Source: a virus. Taken from it: a DNA stretch of 64,000 nt. A model generated the notes under the pieces. It did no database searches. It was not told the DNA's origin and worked only from the letters and a program-made list of their open reading frames with translations. The position numbers and the translations under genes were made by a program. Position 1 is the first letter of the stretch. The number at the start of each line of letters is the position of its first letter. Where the stretch lies: IMG/VR virus record IMGVR_UViG_3300045988_127881. One strand, 5' to 3'. Positions 33,934 to 42,431 of the stretch are shown piece by piece.

Positions 33934-35414
33934 AGCAACTACTCGTAAAGAAGCCTTTTGTCAGAATTAAGGCAGAGTCGCCAACACAATCAGTATTGTC
34001 AGCTCCAAGCACCGACCTCTCGCCAAGGGCGGTCAATGACGGACGGAACTTGTTTGACATCTACACACAAGACGACTTCCTGCGCGAATACTACCCAACA
34101 GGACATAAAATATACGATAGGCATTATTACCCCGACAGAGTAAGGAAAGACCCCGAAACGGGGAAGGTCTATATCGAGTATGTCATCAGATGCGCTTTCT
34201 CTTTCCAGCAAGTCATTGCTCTTAAACACACCATTACGCTTTGTGGCAATGACATTCAGTTCTCGCTCTCAACAGACAATCCGTCCGAAACAGACAATGC
34301 CAACTTCTACGAATTTCAACGAGGGTGGGAAACGCACGACATGGAAATCGCATGGTATGAGGCTGCACGCTCTGCAAAAATCACGGGTGACGCCGCTTTT
34401 GTGGGCTACATGCACAAAGGAGCTTTCCGCTGGAAGGTTCTCTCTTATCTTAATGGCGACACACTTTTCCCTCACTACGACAACGTCACTGGAGAACTGG
34501 ACTTGTTCGTGCGCAGATACAATGACGAGGACGAGGAGGGAAATGTCATGGTGCATTGGGCCGAAGTTTGGGACGATACTTATATTTACAGATTCAAGGA
34601 AAACTGTTCTGGCGTAGCTGGCACAATCAACAAAATCAAGAATAAATTCGGACTTGACGGATATTCGCTTGTGTCTAAAGAGCCGCACAACTTCCCATTC
34701 ATTCCTGTGTCTTATATCAGAACAAGTGGCCCTTGCTGGCAATTCTCACAGGACACCATCGACCAGTACGAACTCTCGTTCTCTTATATGTCGCAGAACA
34801 ACCTCGCTTTCGCATTCCCTATCATGTACATGAAGGGTGATGAAATTGAAATTAGCGGCGAGCCTATGACCGATTCTGTCAAAGTCATCACAATGGACGC
34901 CAACTCTGAGGCTGGCTTCCTAAATCCGCCCGATGGTTCAGAGTTCTTCAAAATGCAACTTACCAAGTTGTACGACTTGATTCTGGAACAAAGCTCTATA
35001 CCAAAAATTCCAGAGCCTAAATCGGGTGACTTGCCAGGAGTTGCTGTAAAGTTACTTTTCTCGCAGTCTATCGAACGCGCAATGGAGGACGCACAACTTT
35101 ACAAACCTTTCTTGAATGGCATCGTAAAAATCTTCAAGCATGGTTATGGAGTGGAATGTGAGAGAATTTCCGCTTTCACCAAAATGAATGTGTCGTTTTA
35201 CATCGAGCCTTACGTACACATGAACAACTCCGAACTTGTCAACAATCTCGCAACTGCCGTACAAAACGGGTTCTTGTCAAAGGAGACCGCCTCCGAAAAG
35301 ATACGAATGTATTCTACTGCACAAGAATACGACAGAATTATCAGAGAGTTCAAGCAAGAGCAGCAACAGGACATCTTGGCCAATATGCAACAACCCATAA
35401 AAGAAACCGCATAG
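33921..35414 (+). CDS. Portal protein
   Basis: 497 aa. Overlaps the terL stop. Followed by a Mu F / gp7-like gene. Confidence 0.75.
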   Translation: MDSIKQLLVKKPFVRIKAESPTQSVLSAPSTDLSPRAVNDGRNLFDIYTQDDFLREYYPTGHKIYDRHYYPDRVRKDPETGKVYIEYVIRCAFSFQQVIALKHTITLCGNDIQFSLSTDNPSETDNANFYEFQRGWETHDMEIAWYEAARSAKITGDAAFVGYMHKGAFRWKVLSYLNGDTLFPHYDNVTGELDLFVRRYNDEDEEGNVMVHWAEVWDDTYIYRFKENCSGVAGTINKIKNKFGLDGYSLVSKEPHNFPFIPVSYIRTSGPCWQFSQDTIDQYELSFSYMSQNNLAFAFPIMYMKGDEIEISGEPMTDSVKVITMDANSEAGFLNPPDGSEFFKMQLTKLYDLILEQSSIPKIPEPKSGDLPGVAVKLLFSQSIERAMEDAQLYKPFLNGIVKIFKHGYGVECERISAFTKMNVSFYIEPYVHMNNSELVNNLATAVQNGFLSKETASEKIRMYSTAQEYDRIIREFKQEQQQDILANMQQPIKETA

Positions 35415-35418
35415 CGCA

Positions 35419-36204
35419 ATGCAAGAACCGTACACCAAAGAGGAACTGAAACGCGCATACGACTTCATCGAAGAACGTCTGATGCTCCAACGTGGCATTT
35501 CCTCTAAAGTCAAGGAACTAATGTACTTGGCCGCACTCTCAATAGCGAAAATTGCGGCCAAGTACAACATAAGCCCACAATCTTTCAAGTTCGCCCTCAA
35601 TAGCACACTAAACAAAGAGGTTGACAATGTCATTTCCCAATTAGTGGAAAAGATTGTTGGTGCCACATGCACAATAGCAACTTATGGCACAAACGAAAAA
35701 GAGAGAAATAGAACACTTCTATATGTAAAACAGAACACTTATGGAAGCAACATAGAACAGAGGGTGCGAGCATACGCAAAACAATACAAAACTGAGATTG
35801 AAATATCCTTGGCAGCGTCACTGTTCTTGGGCAAGAAACCACAAGAAACCGCAAACATCATAAAGTCCAACATAACCGCATTGCAAGGTTCTATACTCTT
35901 TGAAACGGCGCGTAAGGAAAAATTCAGAGCTTTAAGCGATTACGACAAACCAACCAAGACAGGCTTTTACAAATCATCATATAGCAACATAGACAGAGCG
36001 GTTACAGACATTGTAGCCCGAAGCAGACAACAGTTATTCTACGAAAGGGAGAAAGCAGCCATGTGGTATGTAATGCGAGGCAGTTCATATCCATGCGACC
36101 TGTGCGACAGCCAAGTCGGGTTACACAGTTCAGCATCAGACCTACCCCCATACCACCCCCATTGCGTTTGCATGGCAATCCCGATAAAAACCAAAACGAT
36201 ATGA
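35419..36204 (+). CDS. Head morphogenesis protein (SPP1 gp7 / Mu F-like)
   Basis: C-terminal PPYHPHCVCMAIP motif. Lies after the portal gene. Confidence 0.7.
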   Translation: MQEPYTKEELKRAYDFIEERLMLQRGISSKVKELMYLAALSIAKIAAKYNISPQSFKFALNSTLNKEVDNVISQLVEKIVGATCTIATYGTNEKERNRTLLYVKQNTYGSNIEQRVRAYAKQYKTEIEISLAASLFLGKKPQETANIIKSNITALQGSILFETARKEKFRALSDYDKPTKTGFYKSSYSNIDRAVTDIVARSRQQLFYEREKAAMWYVMRGSSYPCDLCDSQVGLHSSASDLPPYHPHCVCMAIPIKTKTI

Positions 36205-36704
36205 ACAAATCAGAAATTTTCAGAAATCTTGCACGCAGTCAAGGATTGTGTGACCAGTGGTATTCAGAGTGGGGCAGAAACCTCACAGACGAAGAACTTA
36301 TAGAAAAGGCATTAGCAGGAATGCACTTCTTGTACCACCACAACTATCCCGATGCCGACATGATTAGGGGTTTGTTTGACAGAGATTTTCTCAACGAGCA
36401 CAACTTCTACATCGACCAGGAAGTACATCTCCTAAATCCCGCATTTGGTCGCAAGACCATGCGTATGTTATTAGCAGGCAGTTGCACGGGAGAAATCATC
36501 TTCACCGACTACGGTATTGGTGATGTATTCTTATTGCACGACAGTAACGTAACCATTGTATGCCAGGGTCACAGCAGAGTATTCGTCAACCTCTGTGGCA
36601 ATGCCCATGCCAAGATAATTCAAGAGGACGCGTCAACGGTCTACGTTTATCACAAGGACAACGCCACCTTCGACCACACGGGAGAAGTCAAGATACGCGA
36701 ATAG
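36201..36704 (+). CDS. Hypothetical protein (167 aa)
   Basis: ATGA overlap start at 36201 (MNKSEIFRNLARSQG...). Confidence 0.6.
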   Translation: MNKSEIFRNLARSQGLCDQWYSEWGRNLTDEELIEKALAGMHFLYHHNYPDADMIRGLFDRDFLNEHNFYIDQEVHLLNPAFGRKTMRMLLAGSCTGEIIFTDYGIGDVFLLHDSNVTIVCQGHSRVFVNLCGNAHAKIIQEDASTVYVYHKDNATFDHTGEVKIRE

Positions 36705-36957
36705 CGGTTCATTCCGTGTATCTAAAAATCGCACGCATTTTTGAAAATGCGTGCGATTTTGCGTGCTATTTGTTGTGTTTTCTTGTGATATATTTCACAA
36801 TCAAAAATCATAAACGCTTGATAATCAGCACTCTATTGTGTTATATCTACACAACTAAAAACATACATCGAGTCCTATCAGGCGCACAAACAGTGCTGAT
36901 TATCAGTAAGTTACGACTTATGCGTGCGAAAATGCGTGCGATTTTAACGGGTATGGG
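36705..36957. other. attP candidate region next to the integrase gene
   Basis: AAAATGCGTGCGATTTT occurs at 36744..36760 and 36929..36945, plus an inverted copy at 36725..36741. A 14-bp inverted repeat TGATAATCAGCACT sits at 36819..36832 and 36892..36905. Confidence 0.5.
36725..36760. repeat. 17-bp-arm perfect palindrome (terminator and/or integrase arm sites)
   Basis: AAAATCGCACGCATTTT-TG-AAAATGCGTGCGATTTT. Confidence 0.9.
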
Positions 36958-38172
36958 CTACTTGTTAAACAAGGCCATAGCTGTTTTTTTTGCTTCGTCC
37001 GCTATGTCTATATAAGGCTGCATACTCTTATAATCGGAGTGTCCAGTCCACTTCATCACAACGTTTGGGGCAATTCCAAGCATCAGCGCATTACAGATAA
37101 ATGTACGCCTTCCGCTGTGCGTGCCAATCATCTCCCACTTTTCTTTCGTCTCTACATATTTCTTCCCTCCTATATAATATATATCCGTCAATTTTTCGTT
37201 TATGCCGCATTGACGGCAAACCTCCTTGACATATACGTTCATTTTTTGGTTGGAGATAACGGGTAGGGCCTTCTCTGTATCGTTGTCCGCATAACGCTGT
37301 AAGATTGTGCGAGAGTAGTTGTTCAGCTCTATTGTTATCTTATCATTTGTTTTCTGTGTTGTTATGTGTATTGCGTCATCGTATATATCTGTTTTTCTTA
37401 GTGCTGCGGCATCGGAATAGCGCAATGAAGTGAAGCAGCAGAAGCAAAAAACATCGCGTGTGCGTGACAGGTAAGGCTGCTCAAACGTATGATTATATAC
37501 TTTCATTAACTCCTCCCACGTTAAGAACACCACATTTCGGTTAGAACGTTTGAGGTGCGTCTTGTGGGCCGTAAAGGAAATGTCTGTTAATAGGCCCTTT
37601 GCAACAAGCCAACGAAAGAACCACTTCGACATTGAGATTTTCTTTTTTGTCGTTTCGTTTTGGTGCCCGAGGTCCGATTGGAATACCGCAAACTTGTCAA
37701 GCGTATCAGAATTTATTTTGTCAATACTCATCTCGGCATCGAACATCTTCCATTCTTGCAATATCCGTTGATGCTTCCGATATACGCTGCCGCTCCAGTT
37801 ACAGATGCTTTTCTGTTCACGTATATACCTCTCGTACAATTCAAAGAAACCCTCCTTTTGTGCAGTTCCCTTCTCTCGCTTGAACTCCTTGTCAAGCGCA
37901 GCCTTGAAGTCCTCTATTGAAGGCGTTTCCTTGAATAAGCTGGAAATTGATTGAATTGTCTCCTCATACCTCTGTATCTCTGCATTTATCTTAATTGCAG
38001 GTGTAAATTTCTTCCCGTGCGTTGTGTTTCGTTTGCACCGCTGCATAGTCATGTCCCATTTGCTCTTGTCAACACTAAACCCGAGAGAATAAGAGAACTT
38101 ACGCTTATTATATGTAATGAACACGCGGAGAGAGCCGCGCGCATCAACTGCAAATGTGTATACGTATTTCAT
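36958..38172 (-). CDS. int: Phage integrase (tyrosine recombinase with N-terminal arm-type domain)
   Basis: 404 aa. SLRYSD ... GTHSGRRTF ... GHSDYKSMQPYIDI catalytic signature. Confidence 0.9.
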   Translation of the reverse strand: MKYVYTFAVDARGSLRVFITYNKRKFSYSLGFSVDKSKWDMTMQRCKRNTTHGKKFTPAIKINAEIQRYEETIQSISSLFKETPSIEDFKAALDKEFKREKGTAQKEGFFELYERYIREQKSICNWSGSVYRKHQRILQEWKMFDAEMSIDKINSDTLDKFAVFQSDLGHQNETTKKKISMSKWFFRWLVAKGLLTDISFTAHKTHLKRSNRNVVFLTWEELMKVYNHTFEQPYLSRTRDVFCFCCFTSLRYSDAAALRKTDIYDDAIHITTQKTNDKITIELNNYSRTILQRYADNDTEKALPVISNQKMNVYVKEVCRQCGINEKLTDIYYIGGKKYVETKEKWEMIGTHSGRRTFICNALMLGIAPNVVMKWTGHSDYKSMQPYIDIADEAKKTAMALFNK

Positions 38173-38225
38173 AGCTTTTTTAATTATGGCGAAATCGCCA
38201 ATTATAGACTTTAACTTCCTTATTC

Positions 38226-38954
38226 TTAATCTCCCAGCCTTATAGAGTAAACTATCCTATACAAGCGGATAACCTTTGTCTTGGCTATTTTCTGCGTCTC
38301 AAAGGAGCTATTTTCATTGATTATTCTGCATTCGTAGTAATCTCCCCTATCATATATTCTTCGCAGAAGAAAGCCAAAATCGTTGGTGTCTATTATCATG
38401 GAAGCACCTTGTATGATGTCAGAGCCGCGCTCCGTATGGGCAAGTGCGAGTACGTCGCCCTCCTTATATAGCGGCTTCATTGCGTCTTGCCTTACCATAT
38501 AATAGAAATCAAAATTATTATAAGGAGGAATGGCGGTCATGCTGTCAAGCTGCATTGTATGGCCGTCAGTATTTAGAATCTTGTATACGTCAGTGTTAGG
38601 CTGCGAGGTCAGGTATTTAGGAACTATTGGTTTAGAGTGACTGTCTGTGCTTTTTTGCGCTTGTGCGTTCGCTATAATTGTATTATTTCCTGTGTTGCTG
38701 TTGCCTACAATATTGTTGTTGCCAGTGATATTCTGTGATGGCGCATGGCGAAGCATCTCGCCCTCGCCTGTCAGAACCCATGACATATTTAGGTCGGGAA
38801 AGGCGGATTGAATTTGCAACTGGCGAGCCTTAGTTATAGATAACGATTTACCAACAAACCCATTAGGGAGGTCTGCTTCTATCTCAAACTGTCTTATAGA
38901 CTTAAATCCTTTCTTTTTAGCAAATAGCGAAAGTCTTTCACCTATTGGTTTCAT
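38226..38954 (-). CDS. CI-type repressor: N-terminal HTH plus S24 (LexA-like) domain with substituted catalytic dyad
   Basis: WVLTGEGEM after the HTH. C-terminus aligns by eye to LexA: QDAMKP vs G(D/M)SMxx, GDVLALAH vs GDLLAVH, LLRRIY vs VKRLKK, INENSSF vs LPENSEF. Confidence 0.75.
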   Translation of the reverse strand: MKPIGERLSLFAKKKGFKSIRQFEIEADLPNGFVGKSLSITKARQLQIQSAFPDLNMSWVLTGEGEMLRHAPSQNITGNNNIVGNSNTGNNTIIANAQAQKSTDSHSKPIVPKYLTSQPNTDVYKILNTDGHTMQLDSMTAIPPYNNFDFYYMVRQDAMKPLYKEGDVLALAHTERGSDIIQGASMIIDTNDFGFLLRRIYDRGDYYECRIINENSSFETQKIAKTKVIRLYRIVYSIRLGD

Positions 38955-39037
38955 AGTTGTATGCTATATTTATGTAATGCGTTGTTTACAAATACGTACA
39001 TTACAGGTTAATAAATATTATTTTAGCGCATTTCTTT

Positions 39038-39078
39038 AGCATATAGCTTTGTTTGTGTAGCTATATGCTATATCTTTG
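39038..39078 (+). promoter_or_regulatory. Early promoter with overlapping inverted-repeat operator
   Basis: -33 TTTG at 39048..39051 and -7 TATCTTTG at 39071..39078. Inverted repeat AGCATATAGCT (39038..39048) / AGCTATATGCT (39059..39069). Confidence 0.55.
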
Positions 39079-39197
39079 CACTCGTAACGAAACAAGTAAC
39101 GACAAATGTTTGCCACAAAGATACGAACAAACTTGTTATGTTGCAAGTGGTATTTGACTTATTGGACAAGAAAAGAGAAGAGAACTCTATAAAACGA

Positions 39198-39267
39198 TGG
39201 CACATTAGGTAATGGCCGCAAGGTCAGGGCTTTGCAATAGTGCTGGGGTTCGATGCCCCGTGTGCCA
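39198..39267 (+). ncRNA. tRNA-like element 1 (70 nt), non-canonical body
   Basis: Perfect 7-bp acceptor stem TGGCACA/TGTGCCA. T arm TGGGG-TTCGATG-CCCCG. Only a weak anticodon-like arm (loop TTGCAAT, GCA). No normal D arm; GGCC-GCAA-GGTC hairpin instead. Confidence 0.45.
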
Positions 39268-39294
39268 CTAATATTAACTAAAACCTCTAAGAAC

Positions 39295-39582
39295 ATGACA
39301 GATTTAGAGAAATATATCACCGAGTGTATTGAAAGAAATGAAGATTACCAAGCCGATTATAGCGGCTGTGTCGAAGCTGAATACGGCAACATTTATATAA
39401 GTTGTCACTTCAGTATTCAGAGCGAAGGCTACTACGAAGATGACTACTTCAACGGAACTGGTGCTTTCGTGGAGACGTATTACTACTTTTGTATCGATGA
39501 TATAACCGCCTACGACGAAAACGATAACGAAGTAAGCGTGGACATAGAAGCTATTGAGGACTATATCAATAAAGAACACTGA
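39295..39582 (+). CDS. Hypothetical acidic protein (95 aa)
   Basis: ATG at 39295. The track start 39253 overlaps the tRNA-like element. Confidence 0.6.
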   Translation: MTDLEKYITECIERNEDYQADYSGCVEAEYGNIYISCHFSIQSEGYYEDDYFNGTGAFVETYYYFCIDDITAYDENDNEVSVDIEAIEDYINKEH

Positions 39583-39610
39583 CTTTATAAATCACACTAA
39601 AACAGCGATT

Positions 39611-40060
39611 ATGACAAAAGAACAAACCGAACAGATTAAAGAACTCGAGCTACGAGTGCTCGAGGATTACAAAGAAATGGAAGGCTTCTTTGCCGACGTG
39701 AACAGACTCACGATTGACGGCAAGCCTACACAAGAGTCTGAATTAGCAAAAGACGCATTGGACAAATTGGAAGATGCCTATATTGCTATTCAGAAACTCA
39801 GAAGCACATTCGGTGACAACTACTACTTGAACCTGTCTGCCGAAGAAAAAAAACAGATTAGGAAGAACAAGGCAAAAATGAAAGTTAAGGTGGCTCGTGG
39901 AGTTGCCAGCAAAATTGCAAATCAGTTTGGCTGCTCTAACTCAAAGGTTTTTGGGGCACTGCACTTCCAAAGTAACAGCGCAATCTCCAAAGCAATTAGG
40001 GAAGCAGCATTGAAATACTACAACGGAAGAATAATAAGGGCTGAAAGCTTTTTGAAATAA
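39611..40060 (+). CDS. Hypothetical protein (149 aa), possible C-terminal HTH
   Basis: ATG at 39611 (MTKEQTEQIKELE...). Confidence 0.6.
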   Translation: MTKEQTEQIKELELRVLEDYKEMEGFFADVNRLTIDGKPTQESELAKDALDKLEDAYIAIQKLRSTFGDNYYLNLSAEEKKQIRKNKAKMKVKVARGVASKIANQFGCSNSKVFGALHFQSNSAISKAIREAALKYYNGRIIRAESFLK

Positions 40061-40148
40061 TCATAAGAGGGGCGTCATCGTGCAAAGCGTTGCATGAGAA
40101 ATAAAGCTGCAATCTGTACACTATTTGTTTTCCATACGCCCCTCTCAT

Positions 40149-40223
40149 TCTGGTGATAGCAGGTTAAATGGATAGGCCGAATATCCTTGTCGGGCATTAG
40201 CGAGTTCGATTCTCGCCACCAGA
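40149..40223 (+). ncRNA. tRNA-like element 2 (75 nt), non-canonical body
   Basis: Perfect acceptor stem TCTGGTG/CACCAGA. T arm GCGAG-TTCGATT-CTCGC. Internal 5-bp/7-nt hairpin GGATA-GGCCGAA-TATCC is displaced from the anticodon-arm position. No D stem. Confidence 0.45.
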
Positions 40224-40242
40224 ACAATAAAAAATAAATATT

Positions 40243-40467
40243 ATGAAATGGTTATGCTTTTCGCTCATAGTAGTGCTTGACTTCATAGCCTGCACAATGA
40301 TGAGCGTGTCCGCAGGACACAGTAGTTTTACAATTTACGACCTTATACCTTTTTGTGGTATTTCGCTCTTTTTAGCCACCGCTGTTATGGCGGTGTGCTT
40401 ATATCAAACTGGAATGCTACCGAATACTATACAAAAACTAATAAAGAAATCTCTTGAAGATTGCTGA
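40243..40467 (+). CDS. Small membrane protein (74 aa)
   Basis: ORF track. Two hydrophobic helices. Confidence 0.6.
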   Translation: MKWLCFSLIVVLDFIACTMMSVSAGHSSFTIYDLIPFCGISLFLATAVMAVCLYQTGMLPNTIQKLIKKSLEDC

Positions 40468-40468
40468 C

Positions 40469-40681
40469 ATGATGGACAAAAAACAAACAGACAAAGTAAA
40501 AACAATAATGCGGAAAGCTTACGAAGTCTACAATGAGATAGACGCATTGATAGACGCGATTAAGGGCTATTCTGACTATGAGGAAGTTGAAGAACTGAAA
40601 TCTGCACGCGACACAGCTTGCGATGTTGTAGACGCTCTCCAATACATACAAGAGAACTATGGCGAAAACGATTATAGGTAA
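40469..40681 (+). CDS. Hypothetical small protein (70 aa)
   Basis: ATG at 40469. The track start 40454 is a TTG. Confidence 0.55.
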   Translation: MMDKKQTDKVKTIMRKAYEVYNEIDALIDAIKGYSDYEEVEELKSARDTACDVVDALQYIQENYGENDYR

Positions 40682-40781
40682 CATATACTGAGTTCTTTAA
40701 GGTTATGGGCAATTAACCCAGTCGCGAGATTGCACGCCCTTTGTTTTTAGTGTGACAGGCCGCTACTATGCGGCCTCACAA

Positions 40782-40929
40782 GCAGGTGATAGGCCGTTAA
40801 TCGGATAGACGGCAGAAGATAGTACATTGAACTCGCTACCATTATGATGCTGGATAGCCCTTGGTAGCGCGTTCTTTTTTTTGCGAAACGTTAGGACATT
40901 AGCTGGTTCGACTCCAGCCACCTGCGCCA
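40782..40929 (+). ncRNA. tRNA-like element 3 (148 nt) with encoded CCA and a roughly 90-nt insertion in place of the anticodon domain
   Basis: Acceptor stem GCAGGTG/CACCTGC, then G, then CCA. D-like arm GCCG-13 nt-CGGC. T arm GCTGG-TTCGACT-CCAGC. Inner 8-bp hairpin CGCTACCA/TGGTAGCG. Shares GTGATAG, GGATAG and CATTAGC blocks with element 2. Confidence 0.45.
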
Positions 40930-40965
40930 AATAAAAGAAAGAGAAACAAAATAGAAAAATAAATC

Positions 40966-41556
40966 ATGGAAAAGAAAGAGGCAAAACCAATGACCTTTAT
41001 TGAAAAGGTCGTATCTGTGCAACGAGATTTGAAAGCCCCCAAGGGACAATATAACAAGTTCGGCAAATACCGATACCGTTCGGCCGAGGATATTCTGAAT
41101 TCGGTAAAACCTCTCCTTGCGAGTGTGGGCCTTGTGCTGACGCTCGAAGATGAAGTCTGCCTGATTGGCGCAAGATATTACATAAAGGCAACCGCAGTGC
41201 TGACAGACGGCACACATAACCTGGTAAAGAGTGCCTATGCGCGCGAGGACGAAGTTCACAAGGGCAGCGATGGCGCGCAAATCACAGGCGCGGCAAGCTC
41301 ATACGCACGAAAGTACGCCCTAAACGGGCTGTTCTGCATAGACGACGCAAAGGACGCAGACGCAACAAATGACGGCACCGCACAAGCCAACAACAACCAA
41401 CATGAGGAGCGCGTGCAGCTGGCAATACAAGAGGTTGACAATGCAAAGAGTAGAAAGTCACTCACGGACATTTGGAACAATTATTCTGACTTGCAGTCTG
41501 ACGCACGCTTCTCACAAGCAGTTGCAAATGCAAGCAAAAACTACCCCAAGCCATGA
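40966..41556 (+). CDS. erf: ERF-family single-strand annealing protein
   Basis: 196 aa. ...YRYRSAEDILNSVKPLLASVGL ... GAASSYARKYALNGLFCIDDAKDAD pattern. Confidence 0.6.
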   Translation: MEKKEAKPMTFIEKVVSVQRDLKAPKGQYNKFGKYRYRSAEDILNSVKPLLASVGLVLTLEDEVCLIGARYYIKATAVLTDGTHNLVKSAYAREDEVHKGSDGAQITGAASSYARKYALNGLFCIDDAKDADATNDGTAQANNNQHEERVQLAIQEVDNAKSRKSLTDIWNNYSDLQSDARFSQAVANASKNYPKP

Positions 41557-42431
41557 TACTAAAATATTCAAGAGTTGATTACGACCCCGTTAGCCACACC
41601 TACACACTGGACGGGAAACAATTAAGCGGCATTACTGGCGTAATCAAGGACAAGTTGTTCCCGTCCTATTACAAGGACGTTCCAGAGGACGTGTTGAACA
41701 AAGCCGCAGAACGCGGCCACCGCATACACACTGCAATAGAGCTATTTGACACGTGCGACATTCCAACCGAAGATTGCGATGAACTAAAAGGCTACATTGA
41801 AGAAATCTTCTCACACGACTTTATTGGCCGACACATGGCAAGCGAATATGTGGTGAGCGACAATGAAAAGTATGCCAGTGCCATTGACAAGGTTTATGCC
41901 GACGGCATGGGCGGCGTGATATTGGCAGACATCAAGACAACTTACAAACTTGACACGGATTATGTGTCGTGGCAGCTGTCTGTGTATGCCTATTTCTTCA
42001 GTATGCTCAACCCTGGCATTCCTGTAAGCGGTGCTTATGCCATCTGGCTAAGACGTGACAAACATAAGGTCGTGGAAGTTCCGCTGCGCCCTGTGGAAGA
42101 TGTGCTCAAATTGTTATATGGCGACGAAGCACCAAAAAATGATTGTGGCTTCGGTGAGCTGTCTTTTACAGAGGATTACTTGCTTCAGTTAAAGAACGAA
42201 GCAGAAGAAGCCACAGCAAAGTACGAGCAAGCAAAGCAAGAGGCTCTTGCACTGCTCACGAAGAAAGGAATGAAGAATATACGCGGCTCGCACCTGATAA
42301 TAACACGAAGGGCTGACAGCGAGCGCAAAACATTCGACACCAAGAAGTTTAATACCGACCACCCAGAGCTATATGCGGAATATCTTAAAACCGCCATAAC
42401 AAAAGGTGGCATAACAGTCAAGGCTATATGA
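41553..42431 (+). CDS. PD-(D/E)XK-type exonuclease, putative
   Basis: 292 aa. ...ASAIDKVY...VILADIKT... motif. Paired with the SSAP gene. Confidence 0.5.
   Translation: MILKYSRVDYDPVSHTYTLDGKQLSGITGVIKDKLFPSYYKDVPEDVLNKAAERGHRIHTAIELFDTCDIPTEDCDELKGYIEEIFSHDFIGRHMASEYVVSDNEKYASAIDKVYADGMGGVILADIKTTYKLDTDYVSWQLSVYAYFFSMLNPGIPVSGAYAIWLRRDKHKVVEVPLRPVEDVLKLLYGDEAPKNDCGFGELSFTEDYLLQLKNEAEEATAKYEQAKQEALALLTKKGMKNIRGSHLIITRRADSERKTFDTKKFNTDHPELYAEYLKTAITKGGITVKAI

Noticed and set aside
40782-40929. tmRNA.
   Set aside because: It is only 148 nt, has no G3:U70 pair, has no recognisable resume codon or tag ORF, and has no pseudoknot-sized domains.
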